Assembly (NCBI RefSeq): GCF_009914755.1
Contig: NC_060947.1
DNA from: the human T2T-CHM13v2.0 reference genome, Homo sapiens
Strand: one strand, 5' to 3'
DNA length: 64,000 nt
The notes under the pieces were generated by a model. That model worked only from the letters and a program-made list of their open reading frames with translations, did no database searches and was not told where the DNA came from. The position numbers and the translations under genes are program-made. Below are positions 1-18,279 of this stretch, in pieces (position 1 is the stretch's first letter; every line of letters begins with the position of its first letter).

Positions 1-267
1 ACTTATTATTTCCTAAAGAATAAACAAAAGTAAATGGGTATAATTATCTCCTCCAAAAGTGGTCTCTTTCTCCAAAGTGTAAAAATTTTAATATTTCTCT
101 GTTTTGCTCTCAACAGAAAGAAGAGGACAAAAGCTCATCTTCATTAGTTTCATTAAATAAAAAATATTTTAAGTTATCCATGACTTTCACTACCAACATC
201 TGGTAAAACCACTATGTGGACAATTATTAAAAGAAGCCAACGTATTCCACATTAAAAATCAAATTGA

Positions 268-563
<296 letters not shown>

Positions 564-720
564 TCAAATTGAAATAAAAAATCACTGAAACTAAGAATAA
601 AAATGTCCCTCACATTAACCTAAACACAGACACACACATACTAACTCTGACTGGCAAACATCTTGCATTAAATATTAATACAAGGTATGCCAATATTCAA
701 GTTAGAACCTGTTTATATTC

Positions 721-3527
<2,807 letters not shown>

Positions 3528-3763
3528 TTATATCCTAATAGGAAAGAGTGTGCTCTTAAGGCATTTACAGGTTTTCTCCCTTCTTAACAAATACAAATAA
3601 GATATCTCACTCTATTTATAGAACTTTTTAAATCATCTTTTTAGTTATTTATTAAAAAAGATAATCATATGAAAAAGGAACTTAAAAAAATATCTTGCTG
3701 CAGGGTAGGAGCAAAGTCCAGAAGAGAGCATTTTTCTCTTGTTATTCTTTGGGCTATTATCTA

Positions 3764-4060
<297 letters not shown>

Positions 4061-5354
4061 CTATAGTAACAAAAGGACAATAGGTTTATAATGAAGCAGA
4101 AATTCACCACAATACCCCCACCCAAAAAATAGCCAAAAAGAAGATTTTATTAAATTACTTCTAAGCCTTTACTTTCTAGTCTCCTCTCTACATATAATAG
4201 GGATCCAGTAGCAAGTATAAATGATGTCCAAATGATAGCAATAACAAAGCATTGTCCAAAGTGACAATGGCATTTGTGAAGAACTTTTCAAAATTACCAC
4301 CAATACTGACAATGCAAAATATTTTAAACTCACTTTTTAGTGATTTGGCATTAAGTATTTTTACCATCATTTCTTTCTTTAGGCTTGACAGCCTTTTTTC
4401 TAAATTATTTAAATATTTTTTCCACAAATTATTCAGAATTTAACCTAAAGTCTACATGCATTTCTCAGTAAACATGAGGCTACCCGTTAATGATAATTTC
4501 TGGTAAAAATATATTAAACTTCCTTTTGAGAATTTCAGAAGAGTGAACAGTAAAAAGCAATTCTACTCTACTATGGTAGAAAAGTTACTTAACAATTATC
4601 TATTTATTAAAACATAGCATTCATCATCCTCATCATGATCACTAACATCCAAATACTTATGTGACGCATTTAGAGCCATTAAGTCATTAATGGAAGAGTC
4701 CAAAATAAACTCTAAGGTGTAATAACTTCCCGAATAACTTCCACTTCATTCGTTGTAGCATACAAATATAAAAATAAAATTATGCTATTATCCACACTTC
4801 TATGTTAATACTAAAGCAATGAGATTAAGCTTTCTTTTGGAAATACTGGTGTACTACAATTTTGTACTCAAAAGCATACAGTATTATCTGCTTAATAAAA
4901 ATTCAGCTTAAAAAATAACCAGTACTGAAACCAAAAAAAAGATATAAAAAATAGCTATAATCTTCATCACAGTGTAGTTCAACTATCTAATCAAAAAAAG
5001 TGATGAAATCATTATTTAGGGAAAACTGGCAGCAATTACACTGAGTGACACATTAACAAACATTTAATAAATGTTTGTTAAAACTGAATGAAATGAAATT
5101 GAGTACACTTGTTTCACATAAATTAACCACTTCTAGAATATAAGGTCTTCTGAAGATTTAACTTTTTAAAATTAAACTTCCAAGAAGATAGTAAACATTT
5201 TTGTTCATTCGTTTACTTATATAAAATGAGAAACTTTTTTCAATTTCCACTCATCTTTTTCTGCACCCATATATCCAAAAAAAGTGAACTGCTTACAAAG
5301 CACAATGCAATGCCATGCAGTCTGGCTTCAATTGTTGTAATTCTATATATGTTA

Positions 5355-5561
<207 letters not shown>

Positions 5562-7069
5562 TTAAAACTTAAAAGTGAAACTGATTTCATGAAATTAAGT
5601 CATAAATATTAAGATGAGACAAAACAGAGTACATATATTATAGCAATTCTGCCCTGTGAGAAGTCTAAATTCCCTTACATAGTTCATGATTTTATGAACT
5701 CCAGTTTACTACAAGAAAGCACCAAGAATACTCTTCCATTAAATCCCAAGGGACTGATATTCTGCTTGGCTTACTGTGGTTTCTCAAGCACATTCTCCTT
5801 TTGCCTTTCTTGGTACGCTATAGTCAAAGAGACTGTCATTTTAAATATATAGGTAAATCTTTCTATAACATGAAGAAATTTTAGAATAAAACTGTACTTG
5901 GTTAAGTATATTCCTCTAAAAAATTATACAGGAATTTCATAAATTATTGTCCTACCTCCTCACACCTATCCACCATATGTATGACTGCCCCTAAAAATTC
6001 AAGAGTAATACAAGTAAAAAAAAACTATACAGTGAAAAGATAAGGAAATCTATGATGTTACAAATATTTTATGTTACAAACAACCTAGGTTTGTCTATGG
6101 GTTCTTTCCTTTTGGTTTCTGAATTTAGAGGCTCTCCCTGTAGTTAACAATGAACTTTAAAGGCTTCATCTCCTATGAAGTCATTTTAAGTCCTATCTCA
6201 TTTTTTTTTCTTGTTCGCTTTGCCTTGTTCTGCATTTTCTTAAAAAAAAAGCCATAACATAGCATAAGTCTACACAATTCTTCTCCAAATACCACGTGGA
6301 TTCTGCTCATGCTAAAAAACAAATCTTGATCTCTATGTAAAAATTTACAGCCACCCACTTGCCCTGTGAAATCCTTCATCTTCCCTTATACACTAAAAGT
6401 GCTTAACACCCCACACAATGTATTTTAATCAAAACATAGGCTCCCTATAACTTCAAAGGTCACCTTGAGGCAAAGTGACATTTTACCATACTGCATAAAT
6501 AATATAGTACAAAATGAAAATAGCTTCATGTTCAAGCAGGGCAAGATTAAAGCAAGAACTGAGTTCTAGCTAGATTAGTATGATTAGAACCATGCCACAA
6601 TCAAAAATATGAAATCTTTCAACATCTCACAATTTTAAGAGCAATGAAGTCTTTCTTTCAGGCAAAGGCAGATCCACTGGCCATTTTAACTGACAAAATG
6701 ACAAAAAATGAATAATGAATAGCAAAATCAGTGACATGTTGAATATAAACAATTAGAACACATAAGAGACCTGAGTAGTTATGTAATACTGCAAGATGCT
6801 GAGTAAATAATGGGAGGAACTGCATAAGCATCAGTATCAGGCAAGAGGATTTCTTTTTGGCAGGTGTTCCCATCTCAACCACAAGAAAATCCCATGACTC
6901 CAAGATAGGAAGGACTGGTACCCTAATTTGGGACTTCAGAAATCTTCCTTCTCCAGTGAAACATTTCTTACTGCTCTGAGTTCCTTAAAACAATCAACCA
7001 TTACTTCTGCTTGGCTTTTGTCTCTTCATACTTTGCAGGTAGATGCAGGGGAGAAAGGTTACTTTAAGG

Positions 7070-7273
7070 CAGGGCTTCTCAACCTTTAAACTATTGATAT
7101 TCTCCGTTGAATGATTCTTTGCTGTGGGGACTTTCCATTGCAGGGTGTTTTGCAGCATCCCTCACCTGTCCCCACTACATGCTAGTAGGATCCCCCCCAC
7201 ACTAAGTCGTGACAAACAAAAATATCTCTAGATGTTGTCTAGGGTAAGAAACTGCCCCAGATTAAAATCACTG
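7070..7273. mobile_element. MER20 (hAT-Charlie DNA transposon)
   Basis: CAGGGCTTCTCAACC...AAAATCACTG termini and internal match to the MER20 consensus as recalled. Confidence 0.8.
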
Positions 7274-7827
7274 CTTGCAGTATAAAAGCAAAAAACATCA
7301 TTACCAATAGAAGGGGAAAAAAAAAACAAAACAGAAAAGCAATTTTGAGAAGGGGAGCTGCAGGAGATAGAAAGCAAATCCATGAACATGGGATATCTTT
7401 CCATTTATTTGAATCTTCAATTTCTTTCATCAATGTTTTATAGTTTTCACTATACAGCTCTTTCACCTATACTTAAATTTACTCCAAAGTACTTTCTTAG
7501 ATTCTATCGTAAATGGAATTGTTTCACTGAGTTCTTTGGATAGTTCATTGTTAGAGTATAGAAACAATGTAGATTGTCAAGTTCATTTTGTAATCTGCAA
7601 CATTACTCAATTTGTATATCAGTTATAAGAGGGTTCTTTTGGTGGATTTTTAGGGTTTTCTACATATAAGATCATGTCATCAGAAAACAGAAAATTTCAC
7701 TCCTTCTTTTACTATATGGATGCATTTTGTTTCTTTCATTTTCATTTGTTTCTTTCATTTTCTGGCCTAAATGCACTGGCTCAGACTTCCTGTGCTACAT
7801 TGAATATAAGTGGCGAGAATGGGCATC

Positions 7828-7952
7828 TTTTTATTAGAGATGGAGTTTCAACATGTTAGTCACGCTGGTCTTGAACTCCTGACCTCAGATGATTCGCCCA
7901 CCTCAGCCTCCCAAAGTGCTGGTGTTACAGGCATGAGCCACCATGCCCAGCC
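7828..7952 (-). mobile_element. Alu left-arm fragment
   Basis: AGAGATGGAGTTTCA...CCATGCCCAGCC. Confidence 0.85.
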
Positions 7953-8057
7953 GAGATACATTCCTTCTATACCTCTTATGTTGAGATTTTATCATGAATA
8001 CATGTTGAATTTTGTCAAATACTATTTCTGCATCTATTGAAATGATCACACAGGTTT

Positions 8058-8122
8058 GGTGATCTGCCCACCTCGGCCTCCCAAAGTGCTGGGATTACAG
8101 GCATGAGCCACTGCACCCAGCC
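8058..8122 (-). mobile_element. Alu 5' fragment
   Basis: GGTGATCTGCCCACCTCGGCCTCCCAAAGTGCTGGGATTACAGG... Confidence 0.85.
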
Positions 8123-10664
8123 TTTTGCATCTATTCTCAAAAGGGATATTGGCCTTTAGTTTCCCTGTATTAACACTGCCTGAATTTGGTATCAGGGTAA
8201 TGCTCACCTCATAAAATGAATTTGAAAGTATTCTCTCCTCTTCAATTTTTTGGAAGAGTTTGAAAAACATTAGTGTAAGTTCTGCTTTAAATGTTTGGTA
8301 GAATTCAACAGAAAAGCCATTTGGTCCTAAGCTTTTATTTGATGGAAGACTTTTTATTACCGACTCAATCTCATTACTTGTTATTTGTCTGTTCAGTTTC
8401 CACTTTCATCTCTGATTCTGAGTCTTTTCTTTTGTTTTTTTTCCTAAGTCTACCTAAAAATTTGTCAATATTGTTTACCTTTTTAACAAACCAACTTTAA
8501 GATTTGTTAATCTTTTCTGCTGTTTTTCAAGTCTCTATCTTGTCTATTTCTGCTCCAATCTTCCTTATTCCTTCCTTCTGCTAAGGTTGGGCATACTTTG
8601 TTCATCTTTTTCTAGTTCCTTGAGGTTCAATGTTAATATTTTCTCTTTTTTAATGTTTATTGCTATAAACTTACCTCTCCGGGCTGTTTTTGCTGCATCC
8701 CATAAGTTTTGGTAGGTTGTGTTTCCATTTTCATTTGCCTCAGTTTCCCTTTTAATTTATTCTTTGACTCATGGTTTTTCAAAAGTATGTTGCTTAATTT
8801 GCATACATCTGTGAGCCTTCCAAGATTACTCCTGTTATTTTTAGTCTCATGCCATTGTAATTAGAAAAGATGCTTAATATTATTTCAATCTTCTTAAATT
8901 TGTTAAGACTTGCTTTGTGTCCTAAAATACGATCTATCCTGGAGAATACTCCACATGTACTTGAGCTGAAATGTTCTATAAATGTCTATTAGGACCAATT
9001 AGTCTGAAATGTGGTTTAAGTACAATGTTTCCTTATTGATTTTCTGTCTACATAATCTGTCCGATGTTGAAAGTGAGGTATTGATGTCTCCTATTATTGT
9101 ATTGCAGTTGCAGTGTCTCTCTCTCTCTTCCTCCCTCCCTCCCTTCAGTTTTTATTATATATGCCTTGTATATTTAGGTGCTCCAATGTTGGGTGCATAT
9201 ATATTTACAACTGCCAAACTTCTTGATGAACTAACATCTCTATCATTACATATGACGTTTTTTGTCACTATTCACTTTTTAAATTCTCTTATATCTGATA
9301 TAAAGAAAACTACTCCTGTTCTCTTTTGGATTCCATTTGTATGGAACATATTTTCCATCTCTCCATTTTCAGTCTATGGGTGTCCTTAGAGATGATGAGT
9401 CTCCTGTAGGCAGCATATTATTGGGTCATGGTTTTTCATCCATTCAGCAGCTCAATGTCAAAAATGTCCATTCTACCCAACAACATTTACAGATCTAATG
9501 CAATCTCTATGAAAATTTCAATGACATTTTTCACATAAATAGAAAAAAAATCCTAAAATTCAAGTGAAACCAGAAAAGACCCCAAACAGCTAAAACACTC
9601 TTATGCAAAAACAATGAAGCTAGAGGCATCATGCTCCCTGATTTTAAAATGTATGATAAAGCTTATTTAATAGAAACAGCATGATACTGACGTAGAAACA
9701 GACACATCAACCAAGGGAACAGGATATAAAGTCCAGAAATTCACCCAAGCATTTAAAATAAAACAATATTCAACATAGATTCCAAGAACACACAATGGGG
9801 AAAGGACAGTTTCTTCAATAAGTGGTGCTGGGAAACTGGATATCTACATGCAAAAGAATGAAATTGAACCCTATTCTCCTAACATGTACAAAAACCAACT
9901 CAAAATGAATCAAAGATTTAAACAGAAGATATCAAACAGTAAGGTTCCTAGAAGAAAACATAAGGGAAAAGCTTCAGAACATTGTTCTAGCCAATGATTT
10001 CTTGGGTAGGACTCCAAACACAGGCAACAAAATCACAAATAGACAAATGGGATAGTATCAAACTAAAAAGCTTCTGTACAGCAAAGGAAATGATTAGCAG
10101 ACAGATGATACAACTCACAGATTGGGAGAAAATACCTGCATACCATCTATCTGATAAGGGGTTAATATCTAAAATATATAAGAAACTCAATAGCAAAAAA
10201 AAAATGTAATTAAAAATGGGCAAAAGGTCTGAACAAACATTTCTCAAAAGACGACATACAAATGGCCAATGGATATACGAAAAAATGCTCAACATCTCCA
10301 GTCATCAGGGACATGCAAATTAAAGGAACAATGATATATCACTTCACACCTGTTAGAATGGGTATTATAAAAAAGACAAATACTAATCTGTGTTGGTAAG
10401 GACATAGAGAAAAGGAAAAGTCTTGCATACTGTTGGCAGCAATGTAAATTGAAACATTTTGGAAAATAGTATGGAGGTTCCTCAAGAAATTGAAAATGGA
10501 AATACCATATGATCCAGTAATCCTACTTCTGGATATATATCCAAAGGGATTGAAATCAATGTCAAAGAGATGTCTGCACTCTCATGTTCGTTGCAGCATT
10601 AGTCACAATAGCCAAGATATGATTGCAATCTAAGTGTCCATCAGATGAATGAATCAATGTGTTT

Positions 10665-10667
<3 letters not shown>

Positions 10668-10702
<35 letters not shown>
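10668..10702. repeat. (CA)n microsatellite
   Basis: About 17 uninterrupted CA units inside the L1 3' region. Confidence 0.95.
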
Positions 10703-10704
<2 letters not shown>

Positions 10705-11787
10705 AAAATCATTAAGTCTTATAAAGGAAAGAAATTGGAAATTATGCCATTCACAACAACTTGGATGAAATTAGAAGACATTATGCTAAGTGAAATAAGC
10801 CAAGCACAGAAAAACAAATACTGGTTGATATCATTTATGTAGAAGCTAAAAAAGTTGATTTCATAAAAACAGAGTAGAAAGGTAGTTACCACAGGATACA
10901 AGGAAAGGAGAGGGGTGAGGAAAGGGGAGATGCTGATCAAAGGGCACAAAGTTTCAGTTAGACTGGAGCAACAAGTTTTGAGATTTACTGTACTACATGG
11001 TGACCACAGTTAATAATAATAAAATGTGTATTTCAAAATTGCTAAAAGAATAGATTTGTAATGTTCTCACCACAAGAAAATGTTGGTGAGGTGATGGATA
11101 TGCTAATTAGTTTGGTTTAATCTTTCTGTAATGTATACATAGATCAAAACATGACATTGTACGCCTTGAATATACAAAATTATTTGCCAATAAAAATGAA
11201 TAAATGAATGAAACAAACAAAAAGAGAAGGACAGCAAGAGCCAGAGAAAGAGAGGGGAAAATAAATAACTACCAGAAAGAAAATCCACTCATTCATCTAA
11301 CAAATATTTGAGTTCCTTAATGGCCAAAGAAACACAGCTAAGTACATAAGCAAAATACATTTTTTTAAAACTATTTTGTTACTCATACAAATTCATGGGC
11401 TATGTGTGCAATTTTGTTACATGCAAAGATTGCATAGTGGTCAAGGCAGGGTTTTCAGGGCATACAACACCCAAATATGATACACTGTACTCATTAAGTA
11501 ATTTCTCAACATCCATTCCCCTCCCACAGCCTCACCCTTCTGAGTCTCCACTGTCTACCATTCCACTCTCTACATCCAGATGTCCACATTTTGTAGCACC
11601 CACTTATGAGTTCATGAGAAAATGTGATATTTGACTTTCTGTACCTGGCTTGTTTTACTTAAGATAATGACCTCCAGTTCCATCCGTATTGCTGCAAATA
11701 ACATGACTTCATTTTTTTTATGGCTGAATAGTACTTGATTATGTATATATAGCACATTTTCCTTTATTTTTTCAATTTATTCATATT

Positions 11788-11789
<2 letters not shown>

Positions 11790-11831
<42 letters not shown>

Positions 11832-12079
11832 TTAAACACGATCTTGCTTTGTCGCCCAGGCTGGAATGCAGTGGCACTATCACAGCTCACTGCAGCCAAG
11901 ACCTCCTGGGCTCAACTGATCCTCCCACCTCAGCCTCCTGAGTTGCTGGGACCACAGGTGTGTGCCACCATGCCCAGCTAATCTTTTGCTGTTGTTTTAG
12001 AGATGGGGTCTCTCTATGTTGCCCAGGCTGGTCTTGAATTCCTGGGCTCAAGTGATCCTTTCACGTTGGCCTTCCAAAG
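11790..12079 (-). mobile_element. AluJ-like with (TTA)n tail
   Basis: Alu sequence whose tail has decayed to a (TTA)n microsatellite. Confidence 0.85.
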
Positions 12080-12465
12080 CATTTTCTTTATCCATTCATC
12101 CACTGATGGACACTTAAGTTGATTTCATATCTTTGCTATTGTGAATAGTGCCATTATAAACATACTAGTGCAAGTATCTTTTTGATATAATGATTTATTT
12201 TCCTCTGGGGTATATACCCAGTAATGGGTTTGCTGGATTGAATGGACATTCTATTTTTAGTTCTTTGAGAAATCTCCATACTATTTACCACAGAGGCTGT
12301 ACTTATTTATAATCCTACCAACAGTGTGTTAAGAGTTCTTTTCTGCACAGCCTCACCAAAATGTTTTTTTAAAATATATATTTTTATTAATAGCCAATCT
12401 GACAGAGGTAAGATATTTCATTGTGGTTTTAATTTAAATTTCTGTGATAATTAGTGATGTTGAGC

Positions 12466-12766
12466 ATTTTTTCTTTTTCTTTCTTTCTTGAGATGAAGTC
12501 TTGCTCTGTCACCCAGGCTGAAGTGCAGTGGCACCATATCAGCTCACTGCAACCTCCACCTCCCAGGTTCAGGCTCCTGCCTTAGCCTCCTGAGTAGCTG
12601 GGATTACAGGTGCCCGCCACCACACCCAGCTAATTTTTGTATTTTTAGTAGAGACAGGGTTTTGTCATATTGGCCAGGCTGGTCTCAAACTCCTGACCTC
12701 AGGTGATCCACCAGCCTCAGCCTCCCAAAGTGCTGGGACTATAGGCGTGAACCACCACGCCTGGCC
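12466..12766 (-). mobile_element. AluS-like
   Basis: Full dimeric Alu. Confidence 0.9.
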
Positions 12767-13020
12767 GATCATTTTTTTGTATACCTGTTGGCCATTTGCA
12801 CGTCTTCTTTTGAAAAATACCTATTTATGTCTTTAACCACTTGTTAATGGGATTGTTTCTGAGTTTTGTTGTTGAGTTGAGTTCCTTGTATATTTTGGTT
12901 ATTAGTCCCCTATCAGATGGATAATTTGCAATTATTTTCTCCAATTCTACACATTCTACAGATTGTCTCTTCACTCTGCTGGTGCTTCTTTTGTTGTGCA
13001 TAAGCTTTTTAGTACTTTAG

Positions 13021-13373
<353 letters not shown>

Positions 13374-14527
13374 TGAGGTCTTACTCATAAATTTTTTGCC
13401 TAGACCAATGTCCAAAAGAGTTTTTGCTGTTTTCCCCTATTATTTTTATAGTTGTGGGTATTACATTTAAGTTTTTAATTCATCTTGAGTTGATTTTTTA
13501 TATGGTTAGAGATACGGGTCCAGTTTTATTCTGCTGCATATGAACATTCATTTATCCCAGCACTGTTTATAGTAGAGGGTGTCCTTTTCCCAATGCATGT
13601 TCTTGTCAGCTTTGTCAAAGATCAGTTGGCTATAAATATGTAGATTTATTTCTGGGTTTTCTATTCTGTTCCTTTGGTCTGTTTGTCTATTTTTATACCC
13701 GTACAATGCTGTTTTGGTTACTAGAACCTTGCAATGTAATTTACATCAGGTAACATGATGTCTCCAGCTTTGTTCTTTTTGCTCAGGACTACTGTGGCTA
13801 TCTGCACTCTTTTTGGTTCCATATGAATTTTAGGATTATTTTTTATTTCTGTGAAAATGATATTGGTATTTTCATGGAGATTACACTGAATCTGTAGGTT
13901 GCTTTCAGCAGTATGATCATTTTAACAATATTGTTTTTTACAGTCCATGAGCACAGGCTATTTTTCTACTTGTTTGTGTCATCTACAATTTCCTAAGTGT
14001 TCTGTAGTTTTCTATGTAGAGATCTTTCACCTCCTTGGTTAAATATATTCCTAGATTTTGGGGGTTTTTTTGTAGCTATTATTGGCTTCTTGATTTTATC
14101 TTAGCTTGCTCACTTTTGGTGTACAGAAATGCTACTAATTTTTGTACTTTGATTTTGTAACCTGAAACTTTACTGAATTCATTTATCAAAAATCTAGGAG
14201 TCCTTTGGAGGAGTCTTTAGAATTTTCTAGGTATAAGACCATATCATCAGCAAACAGAGATAATTTGACTTCCTCTTTTCCAATTTGGATGCCTTTTATT
14301 TCTTCTCTCATCTGACCACTCTCGCTAGGATTTCCATTACTATGTTGAATAGGAGTGAAAGCAGGCACTCTCTTGTCTTGCTCCAGTTCTTAGAAGAAAT
14401 GTTTTCAGCTTTCCCTCATTCAATATGACACTAGCTGTAGGTTTATCATACATGCCCTTTATTATTTTGAGATATGTTCCTTCTATGCCCAATTTGTTGA
14501 GGATTTTTACCAAAAAGGAATGCTGAA

Positions 14528-14824
<297 letters not shown>

Positions 14825-16008
14825 GGAATACTGAATTTTAAGAAATGCTTTTTCTGCCATCTACTGAGATGATTATGGTTTCTTCCTTGATTCTGTTTAT
14901 GTGATGTATTTCATTTACAGATTTGTAAATGTTGAACCATCTTTGCATCTCTGGTATATTATCTTTTAGCTGTGCTGTTAGTTTACTTTTAAAAACCGCT
15001 TTACAAAAAAAAAGTAAAAATTGAAAAAAGTGAAAATATTTACAAGATGGAAAAATCTTAATATTTTAAAATACATATAAAACTAATGAGCTATAAGAAC
15101 ACCATCAACACCCAAAAGATGATTTGGTAAAAAAAAGTTAACAGATAAGGTGCAATATAGGAAATATAAATAATATGCTGACTCACAGAAAAGATACAAC
15201 TATTTTGCCAGTTATCAAAGAAATTTAAATGAAAATGAGGCATAAATTTACACCTAATAAATTAGCATTTCTAAAAATTCAAAAACCTAATGTTAGCTAT
15301 TACTACTTGAAACTGATATACACCTCTATTTCTAAAAGCACCATACAGTGAGATGATCCCTTAGGAAAATAACTTGGCAATATACTTGAAGAGCCATGAA
15401 AACATGCACATCTATTACTCCACCTCTGGGCATCTATCCTGGGGACATAACTGATTAGCAAAAAACAGTTACATATATAAAATATTTAAAGTAGTACTAT
15501 TTATAAAGCCAGTGAATTAAAAACAACCTACAAGTCCAGTATCAAGGGAATGGTTACGTATTAAATTATGGAATATTTGATAGACTATTACATAGCAATC
15601 AATAATATAAAAAGCAATGTGAAAAAAATTAGGGGTTACACAGCAAAAATGTAAAATACAAAATTATGTGTACACTATCAACTATGTAAATTTATGCACA
15701 AATGTATGGATAAGGACCATAAAGAAACAAGAGAAATGAAGCCAACTGCTTTGTGTTAAAAGAATGAGGAAATTTTTAAAATTTCACTTAATACTTTTCA
15801 AAATACATTTTTATCTTAAACATACATTTTCTATTAGGTTCTTCCCAATAGTCACTAATACCTATTCAAGAAAAATCTAACATAAGGTATGACATATATC
15901 ATTAAATGTTCCTTCTCCCAGTTCAGCGGTTTATTTATTTATTCATCTGGCACTGGAAATGATATCTATATATTTTTTCTCAGTGATTGTTAATATAAAC
16001 AAGTCTTA

Positions 16009-16376
<368 letters not shown>

Positions 16377-17722
16377 TTATTTTTTAGTACTGATTCTTGC
16401 TTTACTTACTACAGTAGCCTTTATTAGGAACATGTTCCCCAAATGTTAATGGTTGATAATTGATTATACAGATACAATTGAAAAGTGTTCACTTCTGACC
16501 AATTCATGAGTATTTTACTGGGAAGAACTGGATCTCATTCTTCTAGCATGAATATCACACACTTCCTTGGGGGGAGGAGAATGCTCCAAACCATTTTTCC
16601 TTTTCTCTAAAGTAACAGTTTAAAAAATGAACACACACATACACACTTGCACACATACACAAACATGCACAAGGCTATCACTGTGTTCTATCTAAATGTC
16701 TCTATCAAATGCCACTGAGTGAACTGGTTTCTTTTTACTTTTATTATAAGCATGATGCAAGTCTAGAGATGAGCAATTTAACTTCCCCTGTAAGTAGAAT
16801 GAAGTATTAAATGTAAGAAACAACTACAAATAAATGATCAAAAAACCCCATACTCCTAGCCTGATGTATTCACTATAATGGCATCATTACATTCTCACTG
16901 TTAAACTTCAAAATCTATACTTCAAGGTTATGTAATAAGTTTTAGTATATATAATTAGTTACTTTGATTAGTAACTTAATTATTTCAAAAGCACCCTAAA
17001 AGTTAAGTAACATTATCCCAGGCTCTATTTACTAAAAAATTTAACTCCACTATGTCACAAAAGTAAAATGGCAATACACTTCTAAAAACTCATTAAAACA
17101 GGGCAATCAATCAACATAATTTTAGCCAGGAAAACAATGTGTGCTTCTTCACCCACTGTTGTTAAGAATTTGCAACTTATAAAAAACAATACTTATGACT
17201 CCTTTATATTTTGAAAGCTGAGATTACAGTCAGTTTCCAACCATCAACTAACTATAGTTTTTTCTTGAATGGTAACATAAACATGTAAATTGTCTTAAAA
17301 TATTTGAAGAACTTTCCTTTTGAGAAAAACAATTCTTTAGCAATGTTGAATAATTCACTAGTAGATAAATTAGTCAAATATAGATTTGAATACAATGTAT
17401 TTGAATACAAAATATTCTATTCAGAATCCATTGTCTCTTAGATATTTGTATTTAAAATTCCATACTATAAGCTTCTAAATTGTTCTCTAACAAAAGACAA
17501 AATGAACTAACTCAATGATAGACCGTACTTCTTAAATATTCAAATAATGACAGGATAATAGATTTACTGTATATATTTTACAAATTTATAAAGTCATAAG
17601 ATCAATAAACAGCCATCAATGGACTTAGCTGCTTTCTTTAAAGCATAACATTGGTTTACCTCTTACTAGAAGCTAAAGCACTGTGATAGATCCTGGAGAT
17701 ACTGATTATAAACAAGTCAAAT

Positions 17723-18031
<309 letters not shown>

Positions 18032-18279
18032 AAGTCAAACGAGGTCTCTGTCCTCGTGGAATTTACATTCTACTCTGCAAAGCTTGTATCACTTATCCAA
18101 TTTCAGGAATGAGTAAAATACTTCACTGGGGAAAAAGTGATCTACAAAAATATATACAACTCTTAAAATGTTTTTCTAACAAGCTCTGCAGTGATGGTGA
18201 TACTCTGCCAAGTTTGGGAGCCATCAATTCTAGTCCAAACTACCTCCTCACAAAATTATCCTTTCTATAACCTAAATGG

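Larger units (their letters stand above)
7378..11223 (+). mobile_element. Old L1 (L1MA7-like) with inverted 5' segment (7378-9459 minus, 9460-11223 plus)
   Basis: Minus-strand ORF2 sequence abuts plus-strand ORF2 end and L1MA-type 3'UTR with AATAAA and A tail. Degenerate TSD at 7364-7377 and 11224-11237. Confidence 0.8.

Noticed and set aside
5775-5817. 43-nt purine-rich pseudo-exon (TATAG|...ACA|GTAAGC) just upstream of exon 7
   Set aside because: The pyrimidine tract is weak and the pattern is not distinguishable from chance.
6173-6903. Minus-strand ORFs upstream of exon 7 as extra BRWD3 coding exons
   Set aside because: No similarity to BRWD-family protein, and exons 6 and 7 already join in frame without them.
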